Shown here piece by piece: positions 9,902-18,254 of a DNA stretch of 64,000 nucleotides. The translations under genes were made by a program, and so were the position numbers. This stretch comes from a virus: the IMG/VR virus record IMGVR_UViG_3300044713_000194, positions 1 to 64,000 of that record; one strand, written 5' to 3'. The notes below the pieces were generated by a model, which was not told where the DNA came from, did not search any database, and worked only from the letters and a program-made list of their open reading frames with translations. Position 1 is the stretch's first letter. Every line of letters begins with the position of its first letter.

Positions 9902-10417
9902 TTACGTGTCAGACTGCGCGGAAGGCCGCATCAAAGAGCGTACATCGTCTTCCAGACGTTTAAAGCGCCGGTCATCGTTCTCAAATTGACGATTGAGTTC
10001 GGGGCGCGGTACCAGGGCGTTTTTCATAACGTCGTGGACTGTCTCTTTCAACTGTGCGACGTTGGTTACGATCTCGTCTATTCGGTCGAGCTTGGCAAAC
10101 TGCCTGCGCATCTCATCGAGGATCGTCTGCTGTCGGGCCATGTCCATCTGAAGAACTTTCATGTCCGGCTCCAGGCGCGCGAGGCGATTCTGCGCGTCGG
10201 AGGCGATAGAGGAGACATCCTGGAGCTTCTGAACGACGGCCAGTTGACCGGTGCTGAGTTCGCTGATCGCTCGCTTGTTCTCATTCGTGGTCTTCTCGGT
10301 GGTCTTGGCCGACGTTCCAAGGCGGAAAAAATACGTGAGCGCCCCGGACGACAAGAGAAGACCGAACAACGTAATCGAGCAGCCAAACACCGTCAGGTTG
10401 TTACCTGAAGCCACCAT
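9902..10417 (-). CDS. Membrane-anchored coiled-coil protein (possible lysis-related)
   Basis: N-terminal TM segment (FGCSITLFGLLLSSGALTYFF) followed by heptad repeats; late-type motif upstream at 10489-10512. Confidence 0.65.
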   Translation of the reverse strand: MVASGNNLTVFGCSITLFGLLLSSGALTYFFRLGTSAKTTEKTTNENKRAISELSTGQLAVVQKLQDVSSIASDAQNRLARLEPDMKVLQMDMARQQTILDEMRRQFAKLDRIDEIVTNVAQLKETVHDVMKNALVPRPELNRQFENDDRRFKRLEDDVRSLMRPSAQSDT

Positions 10418-10529
10418 GTACGAACCTCAACCTAAAAAATGTGACGAGCCGTTTTGAAGTCCGCGTATCTTGACGGTTTTTGTGCTCATCCTCATAAAGG
10501 GTTCCTGTAGTCGGAACATACCCCGCACT

Positions 10530-12494
10530 TCAAAAACGGCGTCCATGCCGTCCCATCCGGTGCAGACCGATCATATCCGCCCCAAGCGTTGAGGTTTGCT
10601 GAATCCGGCGCATGCGATCGAGAACTTGGAGATCCCGAATGCTGACCCCGCTTGGATCGACGACCGGCTGATTGGGGGTAATAAAGGGGTTGATCTGGAG
10701 AATTTTCGCCGTGGGATCGAGGTCGAGATTGCCTTCCTCTTCGAGCCACTGCTGAGCCAGCATGGCCACAATCGCGCAGGCGTCCGACATGTCGTCATGG
10801 GCTCCCTTTTCCTGCGGGGCTTCGACTTTCAGAACGTACTTGTTGCGAAAGCTGGCTTCAAGCATCTTGAACTCGATCTCGAAGCGAGGGTTATGCGGAA
10901 AGCGCGCGGCGACATGATTGATAAAGCCCTGGAGTGCGAAGTACATCTTCGAATTGATCTGATCGTTCAGATGCACCAGTTCCATCGCCGTGATGCCATT
11001 CAACTGGAGCAACTGTTTGAAGTGCGCGCCCGCATGCTGATCGGTCAGCCCTTTGAAGCAGGGCAGGATCTGGTGCATGTGGAAAAGCCAGGCGATGATG
11101 TCGGTCAGATTGAGTTCCGTCAGGTCCTTAACGTGCGCGCCGTCGATCACTCCCGGGCCGGTGAAAGATTCGCCGCAGATCATGCGATCCACGTAATCGA
11201 AGATCAACTCGATTCCCTTCCCTTCCGTCAATTCAAGGTGCCCAATGGCGAGACCGGTGCCATCGTTCTTCATGGCCAGATCGAGACCCCAAAAGAATTT
11301 CCGTCCGATCGCACTTGGATCGAAATGCACCTGGTTCGGACGTTCCCGGTCGATACAAAGGTTGAACTTGGCCTCCGGAACATAGGAGCCGGAGCCATCG
11401 AGGAAGTCGCCGCCGATCTCTGCCTTGAAGGTTGCCGCGTTCTGCTTCAGTTCCTTTATCAGCCAATTGCGCGGGATGCGGGGATTGAGTTCGACGGTCG
11501 AAAGCCGCATGGTGAAGATCCCGGATGCTGCACCTTCCGAGAGCGCCGTCGCATGAAGCTCGTACATCTTGCCGACCTTGTTGGCGGGCGATGAGATTAC
11601 CAGCACCTTCGAATCCGGGGTCTCAGGATCGTCGGGCGGCGCGAATTGCGCGGTAGACGGCGTTGCCGCCTTGAACACGTCCTCCGAGTTGGTCTCCTTC
11701 GATGAGCGGAAAAACTGGAACTCGTCGAGGGCAAGAAAATAGTTCGAAGGACCGCGAGCCGCCTGCGTGGTACAGGGGTACGCCTTCACGTTGATTGAGG
11801 GCAAAACATCGCGGTTGCCACGGTCGGCCCGAGTCACAAACTGCATCTCGTCCACGTTGTTCACGCGGATGAACGGATTGAAGAACGGCGCGGCGTTGAT
11901 GCGCTGCCGCAGCTTCGTGTAGATACGCTGAGCGCCGGTGTCATCTGTTCCCATGAAAGAGAAGTCAATGACCGAACCATCGGCCAGCGCATAGTGACGT
12001 TGTGGGCTATCGATCCCCAGCAGGTTACGCAGCATTGCGCCACTGATCGCGGCCACGATTTCGGATTTGCCGCCGCGTCGGCCCGCGTAAGCTACGACCG
12101 TTCCGAAGCCGCCCTCCGGGACCTCGCTGTTCCAGTCGCAGACGTTACAGCGGCCCTGATCGTAGAGCCAGCGCACGGCCTCTTCTTCGGTGAATTCGTA
12201 GAGAAGGTTCTCCTTCATCGTGTCCCAGATGGGAACAGTCACCGGTTTATAATCCAGGGGGATGCCAAAGGTGGCTTTGACGATGATCCGTTGCAGGGGG
12301 TAAAGCGACAAGCCGAGACCCTGAGGGGACTCGATGAAATCCAGTTCTGAGCCAGTGTCCGCGCCTACATTCTCGGTACCCGCTCGCAGAACTTCGTCAA
12401 CGATTTGTCCTAGAGTGCTTTCTTGCGCCCGCTTTGAAAACTTTCCGGCCCTGACCGCCATGCACCCTCGGTGAAGGAGGTTGTCCTTCGCCAA
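10530..12494 (-). CDS. terL: Terminase large subunit (true start possibly ATG 12461)
   Basis: Walker A GRRGGKS, Walker B FLALDE, coupling motif ISSP, nuclease GLDLA...HDDMSD. Confidence 0.93.
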   Translation of the reverse strand: MAKDNLLHRGCMAVRAGKFSKRAQESTLGQIVDEVLRAGTENVGADTGSELDFIESPQGLGLSLYPLQRIIVKATFGIPLDYKPVTVPIWDTMKENLLYEFTEEEAVRWLYDQGRCNVCDWNSEVPEGGFGTVVAYAGRRGGKSEIVAAISGAMLRNLLGIDSPQRHYALADGSVIDFSFMGTDDTGAQRIYTKLRQRINAAPFFNPFIRVNNVDEMQFVTRADRGNRDVLPSINVKAYPCTTQAARGPSNYFLALDEFQFFRSSKETNSEDVFKAATPSTAQFAPPDDPETPDSKVLVISSPANKVGKMYELHATALSEGAASGIFTMRLSTVELNPRIPRNWLIKELKQNAATFKAEIGGDFLDGSGSYVPEAKFNLCIDRERPNQVHFDPSAIGRKFFWGLDLAMKNDGTGLAIGHLELTEGKGIELIFDYVDRMICGESFTGPGVIDGAHVKDLTELNLTDIIAWLFHMHQILPCFKGLTDQHAGAHFKQLLQLNGITAMELVHLNDQINSKMYFALQGFINHVAARFPHNPRFEIEFKMLEASFRNKYVLKVEAPQEKGAHDDMSDACAIVAMLAQQWLEEEGNLDLDPTAKILQINPFITPNQPVVDPSGVSIRDLQVLDRMRRIQQTSTLGADMIGLHRMGRHGRRF

Positions 12495-12527
12495 AGAGGG
12501 GCATAGTCACGAGGTCGAAATTGACGC

Positions 12528-12557
12528 AAAAAGAACCCCAGCGGTTCCCCGCTGGGG
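12528..12557 (-). terminator. Rho-independent terminator
   Basis: CCCCAGCGG-GGAA-CCGCTGGGG followed by TTCTTTTT (minus sense). Confidence 0.8.
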
Positions 12558-12650
12558 CTGCATAAGAGAACGTACTCTCGTACGTTATTACGGTTTCGGG
12601 TGAAACCGTAATCTCTGCCGCTCTCGCGGACTTGTACTCTAAGATGCTCT
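12528..12650 (-). ncRNA. Candidate ~120-nt structured ncRNA
   Basis: No ORF; two perfect adjacent hairpins closed by a third stem, a further GAGA-capped hairpin and an intrinsic terminator; three GNRA loops in the minus sense. Confidence 0.5.
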
Positions 12651-12786
12651 AACCCTATAAGGAGTTGTTGTTAAGTCAAATCCGGTAGGCGGCTGATGTC
12701 CAGAGATTACCAACTGGACCGGTGGAGAAGTGAGCAATATTGTCCAACCTCTCCGCGTCGGGGGTTACCATGGTCTCGATTTTTGA

Positions 12787-13431
12787 TCAAATAGTAATAG
12801 TCAGACCGCCGTGGCGCAGAAATCCATGGTAGCTCCCGCAAATAATTGAGCCCGCACCCGCCCCGCAGGTTAAACCCATTTTATCGACATGAACATTGGG
12901 GGGCAAGCCGTGTCGTACCCAGCACCGGTGCAACCTGTCGGTCTTCAGGGTGCAGTTTGAAGCCCGGTCGTCGATGTTCCATTCACCGCCAGGAGTGACG
13001 ACATGCAGCGACGGCTCATATTGATTGTCCCATTCGAAGCCCCATAGCTTCCTGCCCTGGGCATCCATACGTCCTTCGGTGTACATCCAGTCGGCATAGT
13101 ACATTGCACCTGCGCCAAATTCGCGTATGGTGTCGTGTGTCTCGCCGGTGTCTTTTCGCATCCACACGACGTGCATACCCGTGCTCTCCGGCATGCGCAG
13201 GCCGCCGTCTTCCCCACAGTGCTTACAGATGGCATGGAATGGCTCCCAACGTCGTCCCGCTACGTCGTAGAACCTCCGGGCTTCTGCCTCGGGGCCTTCA
13301 AAGACGACCACCGTAGCGCGATGCAGAGGCTTACCGTAGGACGCCCATGGGTCCTTTGCACACACTCCCCATACCGTTGAGGAGGTGACCTTATGCAATC
13401 CGGTTTGCTCGACCAGAAAGCACCGGATCAT
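12787..13431 (-). CDS. Cys/His-rich protein with DUF6527-like C-terminus
   Basis: ATG 13431 overlaps the upstream TGA (ATGA); C-terminal CWVRHG..P....K....CGAGAGSI..GSYHGFLRHG. Confidence 0.65.
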   Translation of the reverse strand: MIRCFLVEQTGLHKVTSSTVWGVCAKDPWASYGKPLHRATVVVFEGPEAEARRFYDVAGRRWEPFHAICKHCGEDGGLRMPESTGMHVVWMRKDTGETHDTIREFGAGAMYYADWMYTEGRMDAQGRKLWGFEWDNQYEPSLHVVTPGGEWNIDDRASNCTLKTDRLHRCWVRHGLPPNVHVDKMGLTCGAGAGSIICGSYHGFLRHGGLTITI

Positions 13432-13739
13432 TTCGTTGTGTACCCTTCTTCGGGCTGGGACGGTTGTTCCGGCCAATCGGGTAGTACTAAGAGGCGGCCA
13501 CGAAAATCGTGGTGGCTGTCGGCAAAGAACTCGATCGCGCCGTCGCGGATCGAGAAGTGACACCGCGCCTCGGGATTGTGCGCGCTGAAGGTGATGTCGG
13601 GCTCGAATGTGGGTAGAATGGTGCTGCCATTCCACTCCCAGACGGGACCGGGGCCGCCAATGCGGACGTGGTGCGGGCACTTGCAGCCGGGGCACATGAA
13701 GAGAAGATGAGAGTCGTCGAGCCGTGCGAGCTTGACCAT
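13428..13739 (-). CDS. DUF6527-like protein
   Basis: CPGC..H...W.WNGS...PTF.P....CHF.IRDG.I.F..D..H. Confidence 0.75.
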   Translation of the reverse strand: MVKLARLDDSHLLFMCPGCKCPHHVRIGGPGPVWEWNGSTILPTFEPDITFSAHNPEARCHFSIRDGAIEFFADSHHDFRGRLLVLPDWPEQPSQPEEGYTTK

Positions 13740-13822
13740 GGGTCACCCCTTACAAAGGAGCGAAAAAGTCGGGACCTACTCGCAGTTCGGAAGCTCGACC
13801 GTGTGACCCGCTAGGGGTGCCA

Positions 13823-14131
13823 TCAGAGGTCTTCACCGGAACTCCAAAGACCTCGCCATTCCGGCAAATCAACCGTCTGATTTTTCAGTGGATGTTCACA
13901 GTCGCTGAGGAACTGAATCTTTCCATCGCGCACGAAGCTGTGACAGCGGGAGCCCGGCTCGCGCCAGGTGAGGATCGAAGGTGTGAGAGTGGGCGCGTCG
14001 AGACTCAAATTCCAGCCCCAAGCACCATCGGTCTGATCTCCGCGATCGTTGACGCGGATGAAGTGAGCGCGTCCGCAGCCTGGACAGGTGAACGCCGCCT
14101 GGCCGCCGTCAAGTCGAACGAGCTTTGCCAT
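13823..14131 (-). CDS. DUF6527-like protein (paralog of 13428..13739)
   Basis: CPGC..H...WGWN....PTLTPSIL...CHSFVRDGKIQFLSDCEH; shares MxKLxRLD start with its paralog. Confidence 0.78.
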   Translation of the reverse strand: MAKLVRLDGGQAAFTCPGCGRAHFIRVNDRGDQTDGAWGWNLSLDAPTLTPSILTWREPGSRCHSFVRDGKIQFLSDCEHPLKNQTVDLPEWRGLWSSGEDL

Positions 14132-14164
14132 AGAAGACCCCTACAAAAGAGGTCTGTAGGCAGC

Positions 14165-14259
14165 ACTTTCGCGTTCCTGAGGAACGCGAAAGTTGCGCAA
14201 AAGCCCCGGATATTGCGCGATCTAATGTTTTATTGCGCGATTTGGTTTTTATTGCGCGA
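14165..14259. repeat. 29-bp palindrome plus three TATTGCGCGA direct repeats
   Basis: ACTTTCGCGTTCCT-G-AGGAACGCGAAAGT (14165-14193); TATTGCGCGA at 14211, 14231, 14250; degenerate AGTTGCGCAA at 14191. Confidence 0.85.
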
Positions 14260-14263
14260 AAGG

Positions 14264-14287
14264 AAAACGACCCCCGAAGAGGTCGTT
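14264..14287 (-). terminator. Rho-independent terminator
   Basis: AACGACCTC-TTCG-GGGGTCGTT-TT (UUCG loop) downstream of the 14359..17709 gene. Confidence 0.7.
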
Positions 14288-14358
14288 CTGTCCGGCGATC
14301 AAGCCCTTATAGTTCGTCTTTTCCTGAATTTGCCGTGTCCTTTTGCGTATAGGCGTCG

Positions 14359-17300
14359 CTACAGCCCCTTCGTTCCCACGACGAAGCTGTAGCGAAGAAC
14401 CAGCGTGTCCTGGTCAAGCGACTCTGGCCGGACAAACACCTCATAAACGTACCCGCCGTTTTCGTCGTCGTTCCAGACAGAAGCCTGTGCCCAACTACCA
14501 TTAATGGCGTCCTGGATGTCGGAGTCGTTAAGCTTCTCCACCAGGAACGTCACGCGGCTCGAAACGTTCGGTACATTGAACGCGGAGCCGTTCTGCGGCT
14601 GCTCGACGTTCTGAAGCTGGATCTCGCCGGAGCCGGGCACCTGGCTCATCATCGGACGCAACGTGACCTTGAAGGCGGCGATGAACGTGGCGGCGACTTC
14701 GCCAACGACCTTCTTCAGGAAGTCGGAGAATTGACGCTTGTATTCACTGGCGTCGGCATTCTTGCGAACGCGTCCTGCGATCGAAGCGGCGCGCAATCCG
14801 TCCGGCGATATGCCCTGGAATTGCTGGTAGAATTCCTGGTCGAACATAGGCCCGCGAATCTCGTCCGTCTTGCGCAACGGAGCGCCGTCGAGTACCTGCG
14901 GCTTACCGTCTGCGCCGATGCCCAGTGCACCAGCCGGGTCGGTTGAAACGTATGGGCCGGGCTCGGGAGCCGGACCTACATCGGTGATCAGCGGGTTGTA
15001 GCTCTCCTCGGGGAAGTCCACGATCTCGTGGAGCGTCTCCGGCGCGAACTCCTGCGCTACCTGACCGGGAATGAACAGGTCGAACGAAGCGGCCTTGGCG
15101 TATTCTTCATTCTTGTAAATCTTGCGGCCTTCGTTTAGCACCGTATGCTGCTCATTCGGTGACAGATCGTGAAACTCGGTGTTGTCCGGAATCTGCTGCT
15201 TCTCGCGCAGGTCCTTCATCGCCTGTTCAACCGAGGCGCGGATCGCCACCGAGCGCGAACGAAGGATCTCGGGGTAGAAGGAGGCCAGGACCTGGTGCGC
15301 CACCAGCTTGTCGGCGCTGGCCAGGGTCAGTGCCCGCTGACAGGCGGCATGGAGGAACACTTCCGGTGCCACTTCACTGCCGTTCTTGGCCGTCACCTTG
15401 AACGTGCAGTTGGCGCAGCGGCCCAGACCGGCTTCGTGCTCGGACGATGCGCGCTTCTCCTGAGGCTTCTTGGCTTCGGATTCCTCGCCACGGCGCTCAT
15501 GCGTTTTCTCAACGCGGCTTTCGCCTTTCGGTGCCGGGGCGCTAGGCGCTTCCTTGACCTCGACCTCCGGGGCCGGACCCATATCCTCCATCTTGTCGCT
15601 CCAGATTTCCTCGATTGACTGGGGCACATCGGCCTGCTTCATGAGGTTGGCTACGCGCGGTAGCCGCGCAGCGCGCTCGGTGGCCTGGCGGAAGGACTGG
15701 GTAAATTTGTTCGGCTGCGTCCACTTGAGACGGCTGGCATTGACACGCAGCGTCTCCTTGTAGCCGGACTCGGCCTGCGCCACAAGAGCGCTGCCGACAA
15801 CCATAAGCTTGGCTCCCGCCGTGGCGAGAACCGCAATTGGTTCGCTTTTCGAAGCGGCCTTCGTAGGTGCCTGGCCGTTCAAAATTTCGTCGGTGCGACG
15901 TTGACGCTCCCGCTCTTCCTGCGATCCCGGTGTAGATGTGCTCTTGGAGCGGCCCAGGATGCGCTCGGCTTCGGCCTGCGAGACGTAGGTGTAGTTGTAG
16001 TGGTCAGGCCGCTCAGTCGAAACGTAATCCTGATCGACGTTCACGTAGAGCGCGCCGGGGATCACGCCGCCGTGCTTCTCGACGTACTCGGCAAGAAGCT
16101 CTTTCATCGGGCTCACCGGTGCGCCGCAGCAGGGGCATTGACTCTTCGCCGCAGTCTTGCCGCTCTTACCACACTGACAGAAACCGGCGAGCGCGGCGCG
16201 CACCTGGCGATTGTTGGCGTAGGCGGCAAGCTTCTCGCCCACGCGCATCAGGCCTGCCGCCCGCTTCGGGTCGATACCCTCGGCTGTAGCTGCGGTGTGG
16301 AGGGCCGTCAACTGCTCGCCCACGGTCTTCAGGGAGGCGAAGCGCGCAGGCAGCTTGAAGTCGGCGGTGGCGTTCAGCTTAATTGCCGGGAGGCTGGCGA
16401 GGTTGCCGTGTTTCCTTACCAGGTCCGCAGCTATCTTCGCCCCCGCGTCCTTGGCGGCCAATTCGTTGGCTTCGACGGTGTGCGAGTCGCTTTCCCCGTA
16501 GTCTGGCCGATTACGCAGCCCGGTCTCCGCGCCGGTGTCATCGGTCGAGGCCGTCTTCTCGGCCCGCTGGACATTCGACATCGCTACCGCGTCGCTAAGG
16601 CGTGTGGTTTTGCCGTCGTCCCAACGGATATGGTCGCCTTCAACGGTCCCTTGCGTCTTGTTGATCTGGTGATCCTTGTCTTTCCAGACCACGCTCTCTC
16701 CGGATTTCAGAGGGCTCTGCTCATCGTGGAAACCGAGGGCCACCTTGGTGGAGGCCTTCTTCGCGCGATCAAAACCGCAGTTTGAGCACTTTCCGTCCTG
16801 GGACATGTGCTTCCAGGTGCAGGTGCGGCCCTTGCCTTGAGCGTGTGCGTGATCCCGGTGCGCGTCATGCTCACTCTTGGGCACGGCGGCTTCCTTCGGG
16901 ATATAGTCGTCACCACTGAGACGCGCCTCCAGATCCTGGCCAAGCTGGTTCATGACGGCATGTTCGCCTGGTTCAAGAAGCTCTTCGTTGATCTCCTTGA
17001 GAGTGCCCTTCGCAAGAATGATCTTGGGCTTCTGTACCGCCGAGGCGCGCTTGTCGCCGGGGTGAAGTTCGGGATAGGATTTGATCAGTCCCTCAGCCAG
17101 GAATGGAAAATTCAACTTCGGCGTGATGTCCACCAAATCCAGATTCTGTGAAGTGGTCTCCTCCGTAAGCTTTTCGAACGACGAGGAGAATCTTGGATCG
17201 AAGTAAGCTGCAAACACCAGGTGGCGAAGAAGCATCGATAGACGCTCTTCGTCCTTCACGTACTTGAACGTGACGTAGTCGCGCGGCGCGGCCCAGGTGG

Positions 17301-17709
17301 GTATGAACATCACGAGGGAGCGATATTTGCCGTCGATGTCCTTGAAAAGCTTGTCCTTGATTTCAGCAAGGTCCTTCTTACTGTAGGTGTCGAACTCACC
17401 TTCGCCCAATTTGAAGGTGTAGGTGTCGGAGATCATCTCTCCGTTCAGTTCCTTCACCATCGCGCCGTATAGCAAGGCCGAGGGAAAGTCCTCGATCGAA
17501 TCGGCAACAGCGGCGGGAATCACCATGATGCGGCCCAACACCAGGTTAGCGCGGTGACCGTGGTAGAAGACTTCAAAACTGCGGACCTGGCCGGAGCGTC
17601 GCGCGAGGTTTTCGCCCTGCTTGACGGCCTCGACAACCTTAGCCAGCAGACCCTCGCTCACGGAAAATGAGGAGTACGACTTCACCACACTGTTTGCGTG
17701 CACCGCCAT
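14359..17709 (-). CDS. Large putative head/internal virion protein, segmented by KxA motifs
   Basis: 1116 aa; many KRAS/KEAA/KTAS/KAAS/KQAD motifs and small CxxC modules. Confidence 0.7.
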   Translation of the reverse strand: MAVHANSVVKSYSSFSVSEGLLAKVVEAVKQGENLARRSGQVRSFEVFYHGHRANLVLGRIMVIPAAVADSIEDFPSALLYGAMVKELNGEMISDTYTFKLGEGEFDTYSKKDLAEIKDKLFKDIDGKYRSLVMFIPTWAAPRDYVTFKYVKDEERLSMLLRHLVFAAYFDPRFSSSFEKLTEETTSQNLDLVDITPKLNFPFLAEGLIKSYPELHPGDKRASAVQKPKIILAKGTLKEINEELLEPGEHAVMNQLGQDLEARLSGDDYIPKEAAVPKSEHDAHRDHAHAQGKGRTCTWKHMSQDGKCSNCGFDRAKKASTKVALGFHDEQSPLKSGESVVWKDKDHQINKTQGTVEGDHIRWDDGKTTRLSDAVAMSNVQRAEKTASTDDTGAETGLRNRPDYGESDSHTVEANELAAKDAGAKIAADLVRKHGNLASLPAIKLNATADFKLPARFASLKTVGEQLTALHTAATAEGIDPKRAAGLMRVGEKLAAYANNRQVRAALAGFCQCGKSGKTAAKSQCPCCGAPVSPMKELLAEYVEKHGGVIPGALYVNVDQDYVSTERPDHYNYTYVSQAEAERILGRSKSTSTPGSQEERERQRRTDEILNGQAPTKAASKSEPIAVLATAGAKLMVVGSALVAQAESGYKETLRVNASRLKWTQPNKFTQSFRQATERAARLPRVANLMKQADVPQSIEEIWSDKMEDMGPAPEVEVKEAPSAPAPKGESRVEKTHERRGEESEAKKPQEKRASSEHEAGLGRCANCTFKVTAKNGSEVAPEVFLHAACQRALTLASADKLVAHQVLASFYPEILRSRSVAIRASVEQAMKDLREKQQIPDNTEFHDLSPNEQHTVLNEGRKIYKNEEYAKAASFDLFIPGQVAQEFAPETLHEIVDFPEESYNPLITDVGPAPEPGPYVSTDPAGALGIGADGKPQVLDGAPLRKTDEIRGPMFDQEFYQQFQGISPDGLRAASIAGRVRKNADASEYKRQFSDFLKKVVGEVAATFIAAFKVTLRPMMSQVPGSGEIQLQNVEQPQNGSAFNVPNVSSRVTFLVEKLNDSDIQDAINGSWAQASVWNDDENGGYVYEVFVRPESLDQDTLVLRYSFVVGTKGL

Positions 17710-17711
17710 AG

Positions 17712-18254
17712 TTACCTTCCAATCTCGATCTTGTTAAGTTCGCGCTGAAGACCTTCCTCGTTCTCCCTCATACGATCCCCAAAGTTCATTAACACGTTGT
17801 GGGTGAGGCTTTCTCCGACACCTGCGTCCTTTAACGACAACCGTATCCATTCCACAATTCGCTTGAAAGCAAATTGAAACTTCGGTCCCTTGACGTTCAA
17901 AGAATCCTGCCTGGAACTTTCGTCGGCTTCGGTCAGGGTCTTCTGCAACTCGCGGAGCGCTTTGACGTGATCGTTCAGTTCCCTGAACCGGCCCCGTGCA
18001 CCCGGATCGTTGTCGGCCATTTTCGAGATGACACCGGCGATTTCCAAAGCGATCAGGCGGCCAATTTCAGCCGAATCGCGATTCGGCTTTTCGATCAAAT
18101 TCATGATCGCGGCCATGTGTTCGAGCGAGTCGTTTCCCCGGTTCAAATCCGGAGGCTCGATCTTGTCGATGTCCCTCACCGGCATGGCCTCGGTGACCGG
18201 CGTAATCGTGACGACGCCTTCCTCTCCAATTGAGAGTTCCGCAATATCGCTCAC
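17712..18254 (-). CDS. Hypothetical helical protein
   Basis: 180-aa ORF coupled to both neighbours. Confidence 0.7.
   Translation of the reverse strand: MSDIAELSIGEEGVVTITPVTEAMPVRDIDKIEPPDLNRGNDSLEHMAAIMNLIEKPNRDSAEIGRLIALEIAGVISKMADNDPGARGRFRELNDHVKALRELQKTLTEADESSRQDSLNVKGPKFQFAFKRIVEWIRLSLKDAGVGESLTHNVLMNFGDRMRENEEGLQRELNKIEIGR

Noticed and set aside
12690-12730. CTGATG plus hairpin considered as a hammerhead ribozyme
   Set aside because: Lacks the CUGAnGA and GAAA core
13432-13746. N-terminal extension of ORF 12787..13746
   Set aside because: It overlaps the DUF6527-like gene in another frame; ATGA coupling at 13428-13431 gives the true start
14191-14259. Short repeats considered as a mini-CRISPR array
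   Set aside because: 10-bp repeats with 9-10-bp spacers are far too short, and no cas genes are present
17712-18254. Assignment as terminase small subunit
   Set aside because: Size is plausible but no HTH or other diagnostic motif; left as hypothetical
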